DNA of 64,000 bases from Torpedo marmorata (lineage: Eukaryota): the NCBI GenBank assembly GCA_977017645.1, contig OZ360251.1, forward strand, positions 36,270,001 to 36,334,000, in the 5' to 3' direction. Below are positions 35,501 through 47,500 of the stretch, one piece after another (position 1 is the first letter of the stretch; the number at the start of each line of letters is the position of its first letter). Under the pieces are notes generated by a model. That model saw only the letters and a list, made by a program, of their open reading frames with translations, was not told where the DNA came from and did no database searches. The position numbers were made by a program, and so were the translations under genes.

Positions 35501-38500
35501 GTCTCCGTATCCCTGGGTCAGACCACACCGGGAGCACCGTCCACAGTTCCTGTCTCCGTATCCCTGGGTCAGACCACACCGGGAGCATCGTGTACAGTTC
35601 CCGTCTCCGTATCCCTGGGTCAGACCACACCGGGAGCACCGTCCACAGTTCCTGTCTCCGTATCCCTGGGTCAGACCACACCGGGAGCATCGTGTACAGT
35701 TCCTGTCTCCGTATCCCTGGGTCAGACCACACCGGGAGCACCGTCCACAGTTCCTGTCTCCGTATCCCTGGGTCAGACCACACCGGGAGCATCGTGTACA
35801 GTTCCTGTCTCCGTATCCCTGGGTCAGACCACACCGGGAGCACCGTCCACAGTTCCTGTCTCCGTATCCCTGGGTCAGACCACACCGGGAGCATCGTGTA
35901 CAGTTCCTGTCTCCGTATCCCTGGGTCAGACCACACCGGGAGCATCGTGTACAGTTCCCGTCTCCGTATCCCTGGGTCAGACCACACCGGGAGCACCGTC
36001 CACAGTTCCCGACTTCGTATCCCTGGGTCAGACCACACCGGGAGCACCGTGCACAGTTCCCGTCTCCGTATCCCTGGGTTAGACCACACCGGAAGCACCG
36101 TGGAGATCCTTGGGGTGATACTGCACTGCGACAGCTGCCCACATCATACTAATGCCCCCTGATGACCTCTCCCCTTGCCTGTTTTGCAGTCAGAGTCACC
36201 ACAAACACCCAGATGGTGGTGAGTGGGGGTGGACTTCCCGGGGACTACCTCACCTCCCAGTTCCACTTCCACTGGGGCAACCAGACCACTGCGGGGGGGT
36301 CCGAACACAGGCTGGATGGACATCAGGCCAACATGGAGGTGAGGGGGAGATGGGAGAGGGGGAGAGAAGAAAGATGGGAAAAGGAGAGAGGAAATGGAGG
36401 GGAGAGTGGATGGAGGGGCAGAGGGAGGTAAAAGTTGGCCAGAGAGGGAGGGAAGGGAATGGTGGGGATAGAGGGAGGGGAAAAGCAGGTGGGACGGAGA
36501 GTGGGGGAGATGGGGTGGAGGGAGGGGAGAGGCTCAGAGAGAGGAGCGGTGCAAAGAGGAATGGAGGGTGAGGGGACGGCGATGGGGTGGAAAGAGGGGA
36601 GGGAGAGTATAGGGCATGTGAGGGAACGGCGTGGAGAGGAGTGGATTTGGGGAGGTGGGAGTTGCGGGAGGGGAGAGAGGATGGAGGGGATGAAGGGAGG
36701 GTTGGTGGGGAGGGGGTTGCGGGGAATGGACCACTGCTCCTCGCGGACTCTGACATCAGACCGAGCTCCTGGGACGATGACCCTTGAGTCATCCTGGGTG
36801 CCAACGGCTGACATCTGTCCACTGACCTCCCCAGGACAGCGACGGACCCCAGGGTCTCCCAGCACTGATCCCTTCCAGTTTCTCACCCCTGGGACCCCTG
36901 ACCTGCACTGTGGACCGCAACCTCTGACCTCGCTAAGCCTCTGTGTCACCATCCACAGCTCCATATCGTTAACATACGGAAGGATCCGAATATGCGCAAG
37001 GTCAGAAGTCAAACTGACGGATTCGCAGTGTTGAGCTTCCTCATTGAGGTACCACAGGGCGAGGGAGGGGGTGAGCATGTCTGGGGGAGAGAGAGCCGGA
37101 CGGGGGGAGAGCGGGAGGGGGGAGAACGGGAGGGGGGGGAGGCAGCATGGGGGGAGAGCGGGATGGGGGGAGAGCGGGACGGGGTGAGAGTGGGACGGGG
37201 AGATCGGGACAGGGAGAGCGGGACGATGGGAGCGGGACGTGGGAGCGGGATGGGGAGGGAGGGGAGGGGAGAGGGGTAGGGGAGGGGGAGGAGAGGGGGA
37301 GGGATGGCGAAGATGGGGAGAGAGGAAAATGAGAGCTGGGAAGGAGGGGCTGAGGGGTGCGAGCAGAGGGTGTGTTGACACAGATATGTAGCTGGGCAGA
37401 GGTGGTTTATTCAGGAAGAGAACATCCCTCCCTCTCACTGTGTCTCCCTCCGTTCCTGTCAAATTTCCTCTCTTTCTCTCTCCCTCTGCCTCTATTTGCC
37501 CCACTCTCGCTCCCTCTCTCCCTGTCTCTCTTATTCTCCCTCTCAGCTTTCTGTCTCTCTCTCTCTCTCTCCCCTTCTCACAATCCCTCTCTATCTCTCC
37601 CTCCATCCTGGTCTCAATTTCTGATTAACCTTGTCTCTCTTCCCTCCCCAACTAACTCTCCCTTGCTCTTACCCTCCCTGTCAGTCTCACCCTCCCTCCG
37701 TCTCACACGCTCCATCTCTCACCCTTCCTCCCTATCTCACTCCCTCTCTGTATCACTCTCCCTCTCCCTCAGTTAGTGATAGCCTTTTCCATTAAACTGA
37801 AGCATTCTTTCTCAGGTTGAACACAACATAACAGAGAATCCAGCCTGGAAAAATCTTACCAGTCTCATCAAACACCTTGGAGAAGATGGTATGTCCCCAA
37901 CAAAATATACAAAATATAACACAACTTCCCGTTCACTCTCGGGGTAGGGGGGGGTAAATATCTGTACACTGACTGCAGTCTCTCTGTTCCTCTCTCTCAG
38001 GGGGATATCTGTACAGTGACCAGTGTCTCTCTGTCCCTCTCCCTCAGTGGGATATCTGTCAACTGACCAGCGCCTCTCCATCCCTCTCAGGGGGATATCT
38101 GTACACTGGTGTCTCTCCATCACTCTCTCTCAAGGGGATATCTGTCCACTGACTGGTATCTCTCCGTCCCTCTCTCTCGGGGTGGATATCTGTACACTTA
38201 TCGGTGTCTCTCAGTCCTTCTCTCTCAGGGGGATATTGTCCACTGACCAATGTCTCTCAGTCCCTCTCTCTCAGGGGGATACCTATACACTGACTGGGGT
38301 CTCTCTGTCCCTCTCTCTCTGGGGGATATCTGTACACTAACCAGTGTCTCTCTCTGTCCCTCTCTCTCAGGGAGATATCTGTACAGTGACCGGTGTCTCT
38401 CAGTCCCTCTACCTCAGGGGGATATCTGTACACTGACCAATGTCTCTCAGTCCCTCTCAGTTTTGAATCCAACAAGGCCAGCTCACCTTGGATCCCATGT

Positions 38501-41500
38501 GATTTAACCTTCCGGACTAACCTGCCATGTGGGACCTTGTCAAAGACCTTGCTAATGTCCATGTAGACAACGTTCACTGCTCTGCCCTTACCACCCTCAT
38601 TGTCACTTCAAATAACTGTCAGATTTGTGATACACGATCTGCCACGTGCAAATCCATGTTGACCACCTCCAATTAGACCCTGTCCATCCAAATGCTGTCA
38701 AGGCTGCCAATCAGAATTCCCTCTGGTAATTTTCCAACCATTAACGTCAAACTCACTGGCCTGTCAGGTAGATAGGGTTGTAAAGAGAGCTTTTGGCCTT
38801 CATAAATCAAAGTATTGAGTATAGTAGTTGGGATGTTATGGTAAAGTTGTATAAGACATTGGTGAGGCCACATTTGGAGTACTGTGTGCAGTTTTGGTCA
38901 CCTAACTACAGGAAAGATATCAATAAGATGGAAAGAGTGCAGAGAAGATTTACTAGGATATGTCTGGACTTGAGGAACTGAGTTATAGGGAAAGGTTAAA
39001 CAGGTTAGGACTTTTGATATGCCTATCAATGACTTACGCAAGGCAAGAAGTACTGGAGATCAACAGGCTTTTATTAACAGTAATTCAGGCCAGGGCCAAG
39101 CTACATTAGACCTGTTGATACCTGCTGGACTGTCCCGGAACTGAGGGTGGAGTCAGTGGCTCAAGGCCTTTATTCCAGGGGAGAGGGGGAGGAGTCACCG
39201 GGACAGACAGACAGGACATGATCAGGCTTGCCCCTAGCCCATAGTATACAACATATACAACAGTGGTACAACAGTGGTTTACCACATTCACCCCTTCTTT
39301 TAAAACAAGTCCGACGGGGGGGGCGAAGTGGCCACCGTAATTAATAAATCACACAGTTATCCCGCGTGCACACAAATATATACAAATATTATCTACATAG
39401 TAGGGTTGCCGCAACCATCACATCTACAGGTTGAGTCTATCCGGCGGTCGGGCTCGCCGCTGCGACCTACATAAGACCTGCGGTGACGGCGCGGGCGATG
39501 ATGGTAGTTGTGGTTGTGGAACGAGGGTGAGGGGGGTCCGGGTCCGGGTTGCCTCCTGCCTGGCTTGTGGCTCGTCCAGCTCTGGCTGAGGCGTTGTACC
39601 CGCCGTGCTGGGAGGCGGGGAGGGTGGAGGGAGCAGCTGTGACCAGGCGTTCCCGCTGTCGGGGACCTCTTCCAACGCTCCTGCAGGCGCCAGGTCCCGT
39701 ATTGATACCGTGTCTTCCCGCCCGTCGGGGAAGACCACGAATGCGTACTGCGGGTTCGCATGGGTCAGCTGCACCCTCTCGACTAAGGACTCGTACTTGC
39801 TACTCCGAAGGTGTTTGCGGAGTAGCACCGGTCCCGGGGACGTCAGCCAGGCAGGGAGGGTAGTTCCGGTGGTCGATTTTCTAGGGAAGGAAAAAAGACG
39901 TTCGTGAGGGGTAGCGTTTGTGGAGGTACATAGCAGGGATCGTATAGAGTGGAGGGCGTCCGGGAGAACCTCCTGCCAGCGGGCCACTGGCCACCCTTTT
40001 GATTTCAGGGCCAGTAGCGTAGCTGTCCACACAGTGGCGTTCTCCCTCTCCACCTGTCCATTTTCCCGTGGGTTGTACCCCGTGGTTCTACTGGTGGCGA
40101 TGCCTCGGGTCTGCAAGTACTGCCGCATTTCCTCACTCATGAATGCGGATCCCCGGTCGCTATGGACATAGCAGGGGAACCCGAATAAGGTGAATACCTG
40201 GCGAAGGGCTTTAATAGCCGAGGCCGCCGAGGTATCGGGGCAGGGGATAGCAAAGGGGAACCGCGAGTACTCGTCGATAATATTAAGAAAGTACACTTTG
40301 CGGTTCGTGGAGGGAAGGGGGCCCTTGTAGTTGATACTGAGACGTTCAAAAGGGCGGGTGGCCTTGACCAGCTGTGCCTTGTCGGGGCGGTAGAACTGTG
40401 GTTTGCATTCCGCACAGACTCGGCAGCTGCTGATCATGGTCCTGACCTCTTCCAGGGAGTATGGCAGGTTCCGTGACTTCACGAAGTGAAAGAGCCTGGT
40501 AACTCCTGGGTGGCAGAGGTCGTCATGTAGGGAGTATACCCGGTCGATCTGCGCGCTGGCGCACGATCCCCGGGATAGAGCATCGGAGGGCTCGTTGAGC
40601 TTCCCGGGCCGGTAAAGGATGTCGTAATTGTAGGTGGAGAGTTCTATTCTCCACCTCATGATTTTATCATTTTTGATTTTACCCCGCTGCTGGTTGTTAA
40701 ACATGAATGCGACGGAGCGCTGGTCCGTCAGCAGGGTAAAATGTTTTCCGGCGAGATAGTGCCTCCAGTGCCGAATAGCCTCAACTATGGCCTGGGCCTC
40801 TTTCTCTACCGCGGAGTGCCGAATTTCGGGGCCTTGAAGGGTGCGTGAGAAAAACGCTACCGGTCTTCCCGCCTGGTTGAGGGTAGCAGCCAGTGCGAAG
40901 TCCGATGCGTCACTCTCCACCTGAAAAGGTACCGACTCGTCCACCGCGTGCATCGCTGCTCGGGCGATGTCCCCTTTTATGAGGTCGAAAGCCTCACGTG
41001 CCTCCGCTGCCAGGGGAAACTTGGTGGACTTGACGAGGGGTCGGGCTTTGTCCTCGTAGTTTGGGACCCACTGCGCATAATACGAGAAGAACCCGAGGCA
41101 TCGTTTAAGGGCTTTGGGGGTATGGGGAATCGGAAGTTCCAACAGGGGGCGCATGCGGTCGGGGTCGGGTCCAATCACCCCGTTCTCCACGACGCACCCC
41201 AGGATAGCGAGTCGGGTAGTCCCGAACACGCATTTCTCCTTGTTATATGTGAGGTTCAGCGTCTTGGCCGCTTGCAGGAACTTCCGAAGGTTCCTATCAT
41301 GGTCCTGGCGATCATGACCGCAAATGGTAATGTCGTCCAGGTACGGGAAGGTGGCTGTTAGTTTGAACTGGTCAACGATCCTGTCCATCTCCCGTTGAAA
41401 CACAGATACCCCGTTTGTTACCCCGAAGGGGACGCGCAGGAAATGGAATAACCTGCCGTTCGCCTCGAAAGCGGTGTACGCTCGGTCTTCCCGGCGAATC

Positions 41501-44500
41501 GGAAGTTGGTGGTATGCCGACTTTAGGTCTATAGTGGAAAAGATTTTATAATGTGCAATCTGGTTGACCATATCCGCGATTCTCGGCAGCGGATAGGCAT
41601 CCAGTTGCGTGAACCTGTTAATGGTTTGACTGTAGTCCACCTTGGCCCCGTTCTTCACTACGACTACCTGAGCTCTCCAGGGGCTGCTACTGGGTGCGAT
41701 GATCCCTTCCCCCCAGTAGACGATGCACCTCCGCCTTAATGAATGCCCTGTCCCCTGCATTGTATCGCCTACTTTTAGTTGCCACAGGCTTACAGTCAGG
41801 GGTCAGGTTGGCGAAAAGTGACGGGGGTTGGATCTTCAGCGTGGAGAGACCACAGGTAGTTTGGGGCGTATTGCTCAAATACTGGGGGTTAGTCACTACA
41901 ATCGGAGGGTGGGGCCCATCATAGTGCATGGTGACGCTTCGCAGATGGCTTTGGAAGTCCAGTCCCAGCAATACAGGAGCACACAAACGGGGCATGACTA
42001 ACAACGAAAACCCCCGATATTCCGTGCCCTGTACCACTATGTTCGCCACACAACCCCCCCGGATGTCTGTTGTGTGTGTTCCAGACGCCATGGCCACCCT
42101 CTGGCTTACCGGTACAATTGTGAGGCCACAGCGCTGGACGGTGTCCGGATGAATAAAACTTTCAGTACTGCCTGTGTCGAACAGGCAGGTAGTCTTATGC
42201 CCCTCAACTAATATGTCCATCATCGATCTGGACAGCTGATGGGGCGCGCTCTGATCCAGCGTCACGGATGCCAGGGTCGGGACGTGGTCTTGATCCGACG
42301 TGCCGTCTTGATCCGACGCTGACGAAGATGGCTGCCCCCGTAGGTCGCACGTGTCGCTGCAAGATGGCGGCGCCGGAAGTGCTGGAAGTGCCGCGGTGAG
42401 GCTATAAAATGGCCACGCCGGAAGTGACGGTGTCGGAAGTGCCGGGGGCCAAGATGGCCGCCTCCATTCCTCGCACGAGGTCACCGCCGGAAGTGACGAC
42501 AGGTAAGATGGCTGCTCCCTTACTTCGCACGCGGCGCTGCTCGGACCCGCACGCGGCTTGGAGCGGCAGGCCTTAGCGTAGTGGCCTTTCTTGCCGCAGC
42601 TAGAACAAGTCGCGTCTCGGGCCGGGCAGCGTTTGAGTGGGTGTTTGTCGAGCCCGCAGAAGTAACACTTCTCGGGCTCCCGGGTAACGGCCGCGGCGGT
42701 TAACTCATGGATGGCGTTGGCGGGCTCCTGGGTAGCGGCGGCCAACTCACGGATAGCGGCGGCGGTCGGGTCGTGGTAGACGGCAGCAGCAGTCACGTCG
42801 CTTGCAGAGCTGGCGGTTGGGGCGATCCACGAGGCAGGCTGCGCCTGCATAGCGTCAGAGTTCCTGAGCGCAGCCTCCAGTGTGAGGGCCGTCTGGACGG
42901 TAGATTTAAGGGTCAGGTCGGCGTGTTCCAGCAATCGCTGGCGAATGTAAACCGACCTGAGCCCCATAATAAACGTGTCCCTTGCCAACAGTTCAGCGTG
43001 CTGCTCAGCCGTCAGGGCTCGGCAATCGCACGCCCGCACCAGTAGCTGCACGTCCTGGATGTACTCGGAGATCGACTCTCCGGGTCGCTGGCGCCGTTGC
43101 GATAACCTGTGCCTCGCGTAGACCGCGTTCACAGGCGTCAGGTACAGTCTTTTAAGGGCTCCCAAGGCATCATCGTACGTTTGACAGTCTCTGACGGTGT
43201 TATACACCCGTGGGCTTACCCTAGACATGAGGATGTCGAGTTTGTCTTCGTCGCTGACCGCTCTGGTCGACCTCAGGAACGGTTTGAAGCAGCGTAGCCA
43301 GAGTTCAAAGGTACTTGCGGCGTCTTGGGCCAGGGGGTCGATGTCTAGCTTGTCTGGCCTCAAAAAATTCTCCATCAGACTTAAAACTGTTAATAAAATT
43401 GATATGCCTATCAATGACTTACGCAAGGCAAGAAGTACTGGAGATCAACAGGCTTTTATTAACAGTAATTCAGGCCAGGGCCAAGCTACATTAGACCTGT
43501 TGATACCTGCTGGACTGTCCCGGAACTGAGGGTGGAGTCAGTGGCTCAAGACCTTTATTCCAGGGGAGAGGGGGAGGAGTCACCGGGACAGACAGACAGG
43601 ACATGATCAGGCTTGCCCCTAGCCCATAGTATACGACATATACAACAGTGGTACAACAGTGGTTTACCACAACTTTATTCCCTGGAGTGTAGAAGAATGA
43701 GGGGAGATTTGATAGAGGTATTTAAAATTATGAGGGGGATAGACAGAGTAAATGTAGGTTGGCTTTTTCCACTGAGGGTAGGTGAGATACAAACCAGAGG
43801 ACATGGGTTAAAGGTGAAAGGGGAAAGGTTTAGGGGGAACTTCTTCACACAGAGAGTGGTGGGAGTGTGGAACGAGCTGCCAGCTGAAGTGGTGAATGCG
43901 GGCTCAATTTTAACATTTAAGAGGAATTTGGACAGGTACGTTGATAGGAGAGGTATGGAGGGATATGGACTGGGTGCAGGTCAGTGGGACCGGGCAGAAT
44001 AATAGTTTGGTACAGACTGGAAGGGCTGATGGGGCCCGTTTCTGTGCTGTAATGTTCTATGGTTCTCCAGTCTTCTGGCACTTCACCCGAGGACAAAGAT
44101 GATGCAAAATCTTGGCAAGGGACTCCACAATTTCTACCCCAGCTTCCCACAGGGTGAGAGGATGCACTTCATCAGGCCCAAGGGTTTTGTCCACCTCAAT
44201 CAGCTCCAAGGCCACCAACACCTCTACCCTGGTGGTTCTTGAATGCTCCAAGACATCACGATATTCCAATTCCTGCCTTCCACGAGCTCCTCCACCGTAA
44301 AGACTGATGAGGTATTCATTAAAAATCTCACTGACCTCCACACCAACACAGACTTGTGGATCTTTAATGGGTCCAATTCTCCCCCCCTGCCACCCATCAA
44401 CTCTTCATATAGCTGTAGAATTTCTTCCTTTGTCCTCCTGGCCAACTCCATCTTATGTTCTTTTTAGCCATCATGCATTCATGTACACTGACCGGTGTCT

Positions 44501-47500
44501 CTCCGTCCCTCTCTCTCTCAGGGGGATATCTGTACACTGACCGGGGTCTCTCCACCACCCCCTCTCTCAGTCTGTACACTTACAGGTGTGGTCCTTGATC
44601 TCTCAGCGGATATCTGTACACTGACCAGACTCTCAGGGGGATATCTGTACACTGACCGGTGTCTCTCAGTCCCTCTCTCTCTCTCAGGGGGATATCTGTA
44701 CACTGACCAGAGTTACTGGGCAGGAGGGAGGGTGGTGCGGGAAGTTCTGTAAACTGCGTACTGGGAAGCTAAGATTTGCATCATGCCTGACCTGTTCACC
44801 CCCATTCCTGGGGCTCTGTTCTGCAGGTGATATGCTGCCACTCAATGGGACCATCTCCCTGATGGATCTGATCAGTGGAGTCAACCTGACCAGGTACTAC
44901 CGTTACAACGGCTCCTTCACCACCCCCTTGTGCGATGAGGGTGTCCTCTGGACCGTCTTCGAGGAGCCCATCCGCCTCAACGCCTCACTGGTGTGTACAC
45001 CCTCCTGGTGTGAGAGGGAATGTGTGATGGGACGATGTGGAGGGAACTTCACTGTGTGCCTGGTGCAGGGAGTGCCTGGGGACGGTGCGGAGGGAGCTTC
45101 ACTGTGTGCCTGGGTCAGGGAGAGTCTGGGGACGGTGCGGAGGGAGCTTCACTGTGTGCCTGGTGCAGGGAGTGCCTGGGGACGGTGCGGAGGGAGCTTC
45201 ACTGTGTGCCTGGTGCAGGGAGTGCCTGGGGACGGTGCGGAGGGAGCTTCACTGTGTGCCTGGTTCAGGGAGTGTCTGGGGACGGTGCGGAGGGAGCTTC
45301 ACTGCGTGCCTGGTGCAGGGAGTGCCTGGGGACGGTGCGGAGGGAGCTTCACTGTGTGCCTGGTGCAGGGAGTGCCTGGGGACGGTGCGGAGGGAGCTTC
45401 ACTGTGTGCCTGGGTCAGGGAGAGTCTGGGGACGGTGCGGAGGGAGCTTCACTGTGTGCCTGGTGCAGGGAGTGCCTGGGGACGGTGCGGAGGGAGCTTC
45501 ACTGTGTGCCTGGTGCAGGGAGTGCCTGGGGACGGTGCGGAGGGAGCTTCACTGTGTGCCTGGTTCAGGGAGTGTCTGGGGACGGTGCGGAGGGAGCTTC
45601 ACTGCGTGCCTGGCGCAGGGAGCTTCACTGTGTGCCTGACTCAGGGAGTGTGTGATGGGAGAGTGTAGAGGTAGGGTGTGATGGGACAGTGCGGAGGGAC
45701 TTCACTGTGTGCCTGACCCCTCCCTTTTTTATTTATTATTCTTCAAATTCAAATATTTCAAGTACTACGTAAGTCTACAAATCAGACCACACACACAGAA
45801 CATAGTTTTAAATTAGAACATGATTACCTCTGTCAATGATACCGAGAAGCCCTTGGGGAGCCCACTGTTCCCGGAAACCCTCCAAGGTGCCCGTGAGCAC
45901 TGAGTGCTCTTTCTCCAGGGATGCACGGGCACACAGGTGTCCTCGGCAGAGGGGCAGGCAGTCAGCCCAAGTTAAACCCTCGACTGCCCGCTGCCTGGAC
46001 CCATGGATGGCCATCTTGGCCGGGCCCAGTATCAGACCGACGAGGACAACCCTCGACCGACCCTCCCTCCTCCGTACCGGGTGCCCAAAGATCGGGAGTG
46101 TGGGGCTGAAATGCAGCCAGAACTTGAGCAGCAACCCCTTCAAGCACACGAGCAGGGGCTGCAACCTCTCACACTTCATATCTCCGTGAAACACGGTCTC
46201 AACCAAGCCTCAGAAGTAACAGGCGGCTGAGACTTCTGTAACACCCTCCACCTCAGGTCCCTGATGTATAGGGGGAGGACTCCTGTATATACAGACCTCG
46301 CTACTAGGGAGTAAAACAGACCACTACGGTGAGTCTGGACAGCAGACAATGGCAAAGAAGTGGATGGTGTGCAGGAGCAGTCAATATACATCCCGCCTCC
46401 CCGTATCCCAGAGCCACACACGAGTGGACTCGTGGGTGGGACCCATCCTCGAGAGAGAACTCAGGGCCTGGACCCAATGAGTAATTCCAGCCGTGCGGGG
46501 GTTAGCACAGTCGGGACAACTCCACATCCACGAGCTTCCTCTGCACCGAGGGGCAGGTTGGGGATCAGCCTCCATTACATTGCCCTCCTCCGGTGGAGGA
46601 GCTTTCTCCGGTGAACAGCACCATTCAGTTCCTCCAACATCAGGGGAGCATCCAGACACTTAAAGACCACTGGGTCAACCTGCGTTAGGGCCTCCAGAAG
46701 GAATGAACCAAGTCTCTGATTTGCTCTGGGTACCTGAGAGAAAACTGTCATCAACTAGCCACTCCACGAGGTGCCGACGGACACCCCGCCAATTCTCGAA
46801 TGAGTAGAAGGGTGAGGCAGGGACTGGAACATATTCAAGCACTCAGCCATAGACCTAAATGAATATGCAACAGGTGGCACCGACTTCATCAAGACTTGCG
46901 TGGACGAGTGTGTGCCCACGCGCAAATACCGGGTGTTCCCCAACCAGAAGTCCTGGATAAATCAGAGAATTCGCAACCTGCTGAGGACGAGAACAAGGGC
47001 GTTTAAGGCCGTGGACCGGGATCTTTACAAGAAGTCCAGGCACGACCTGCGGAAGGCCATCTCTGAAGCAAAGTGGCAATTCCGGAGGAAGCTACAGACA
47101 GAGACAGATACACGCCAGCTATGGCAGGGAGTGCAGGCCATTACAGCCTACAAAGCGAGGGCGAACACTATAGACGGCTGTGATGCTTCACTACCCGATG
47201 AGCTGAACACCTTCTATGCCCGCTTTGAGAAGGAGAACAAAACAGTGCCTACTAGAATCCCTGAAAAGGCTGAGGACCCTGTGATATCTGTCTCTGAGGG
47301 CGACGTCAGAACATCATTCAAGAGGGTGAACCCTCGCAAGGCGTCAGGCCCTGACAGCGTACCTGGCAGGGTACTGAAAATCTGCGCCAACCAACTAGCC
47401 GGAGTGCTCACGGACATTCTCAACCTCTCATTGCAGCAGTCAGAGGTTCCCACCTGCTTCAAAAGGGCATCAATCATCTCGGTACCCAAGAAGAGTAGTG

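Larger units (their letters stand above)
38460..44480. mobile_element. Cluster of CR1 fragments hosting Gypsy B (38460-38765 minus; 38770-39014 and 43672-44065 plus; 44065-44480 minus)
   Basis: [29 protein letters not shown] and [12 protein letters not shown] motifs. The CR1 sequence is continuous across the Gypsy TSD. Confidence 0.85.

Noticed and set aside
32865-36162. 1077-aa and 1065-aa ORFs on opposite strands
   Set aside because: Artefacts of a stop-free 51-bp (17-codon) tandem unit. They are open in several frames on both strands and lie within CA intron 3.
41700-41720. Programmed frameshift between Gag-PR and RT in Gypsy B
   Set aside because: Sister element A is a single ORF at this position. 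One extra G in a homopolymer explains the shift as a mutation or sequencing error.
44991-45668. Cys-rich extension of CA exon 7 (278-aa ORF)
   Set aside because: Read-through into the intronic 50-bp minisatellite. The conserved CA C-terminus is supplied by the exon at 60486.
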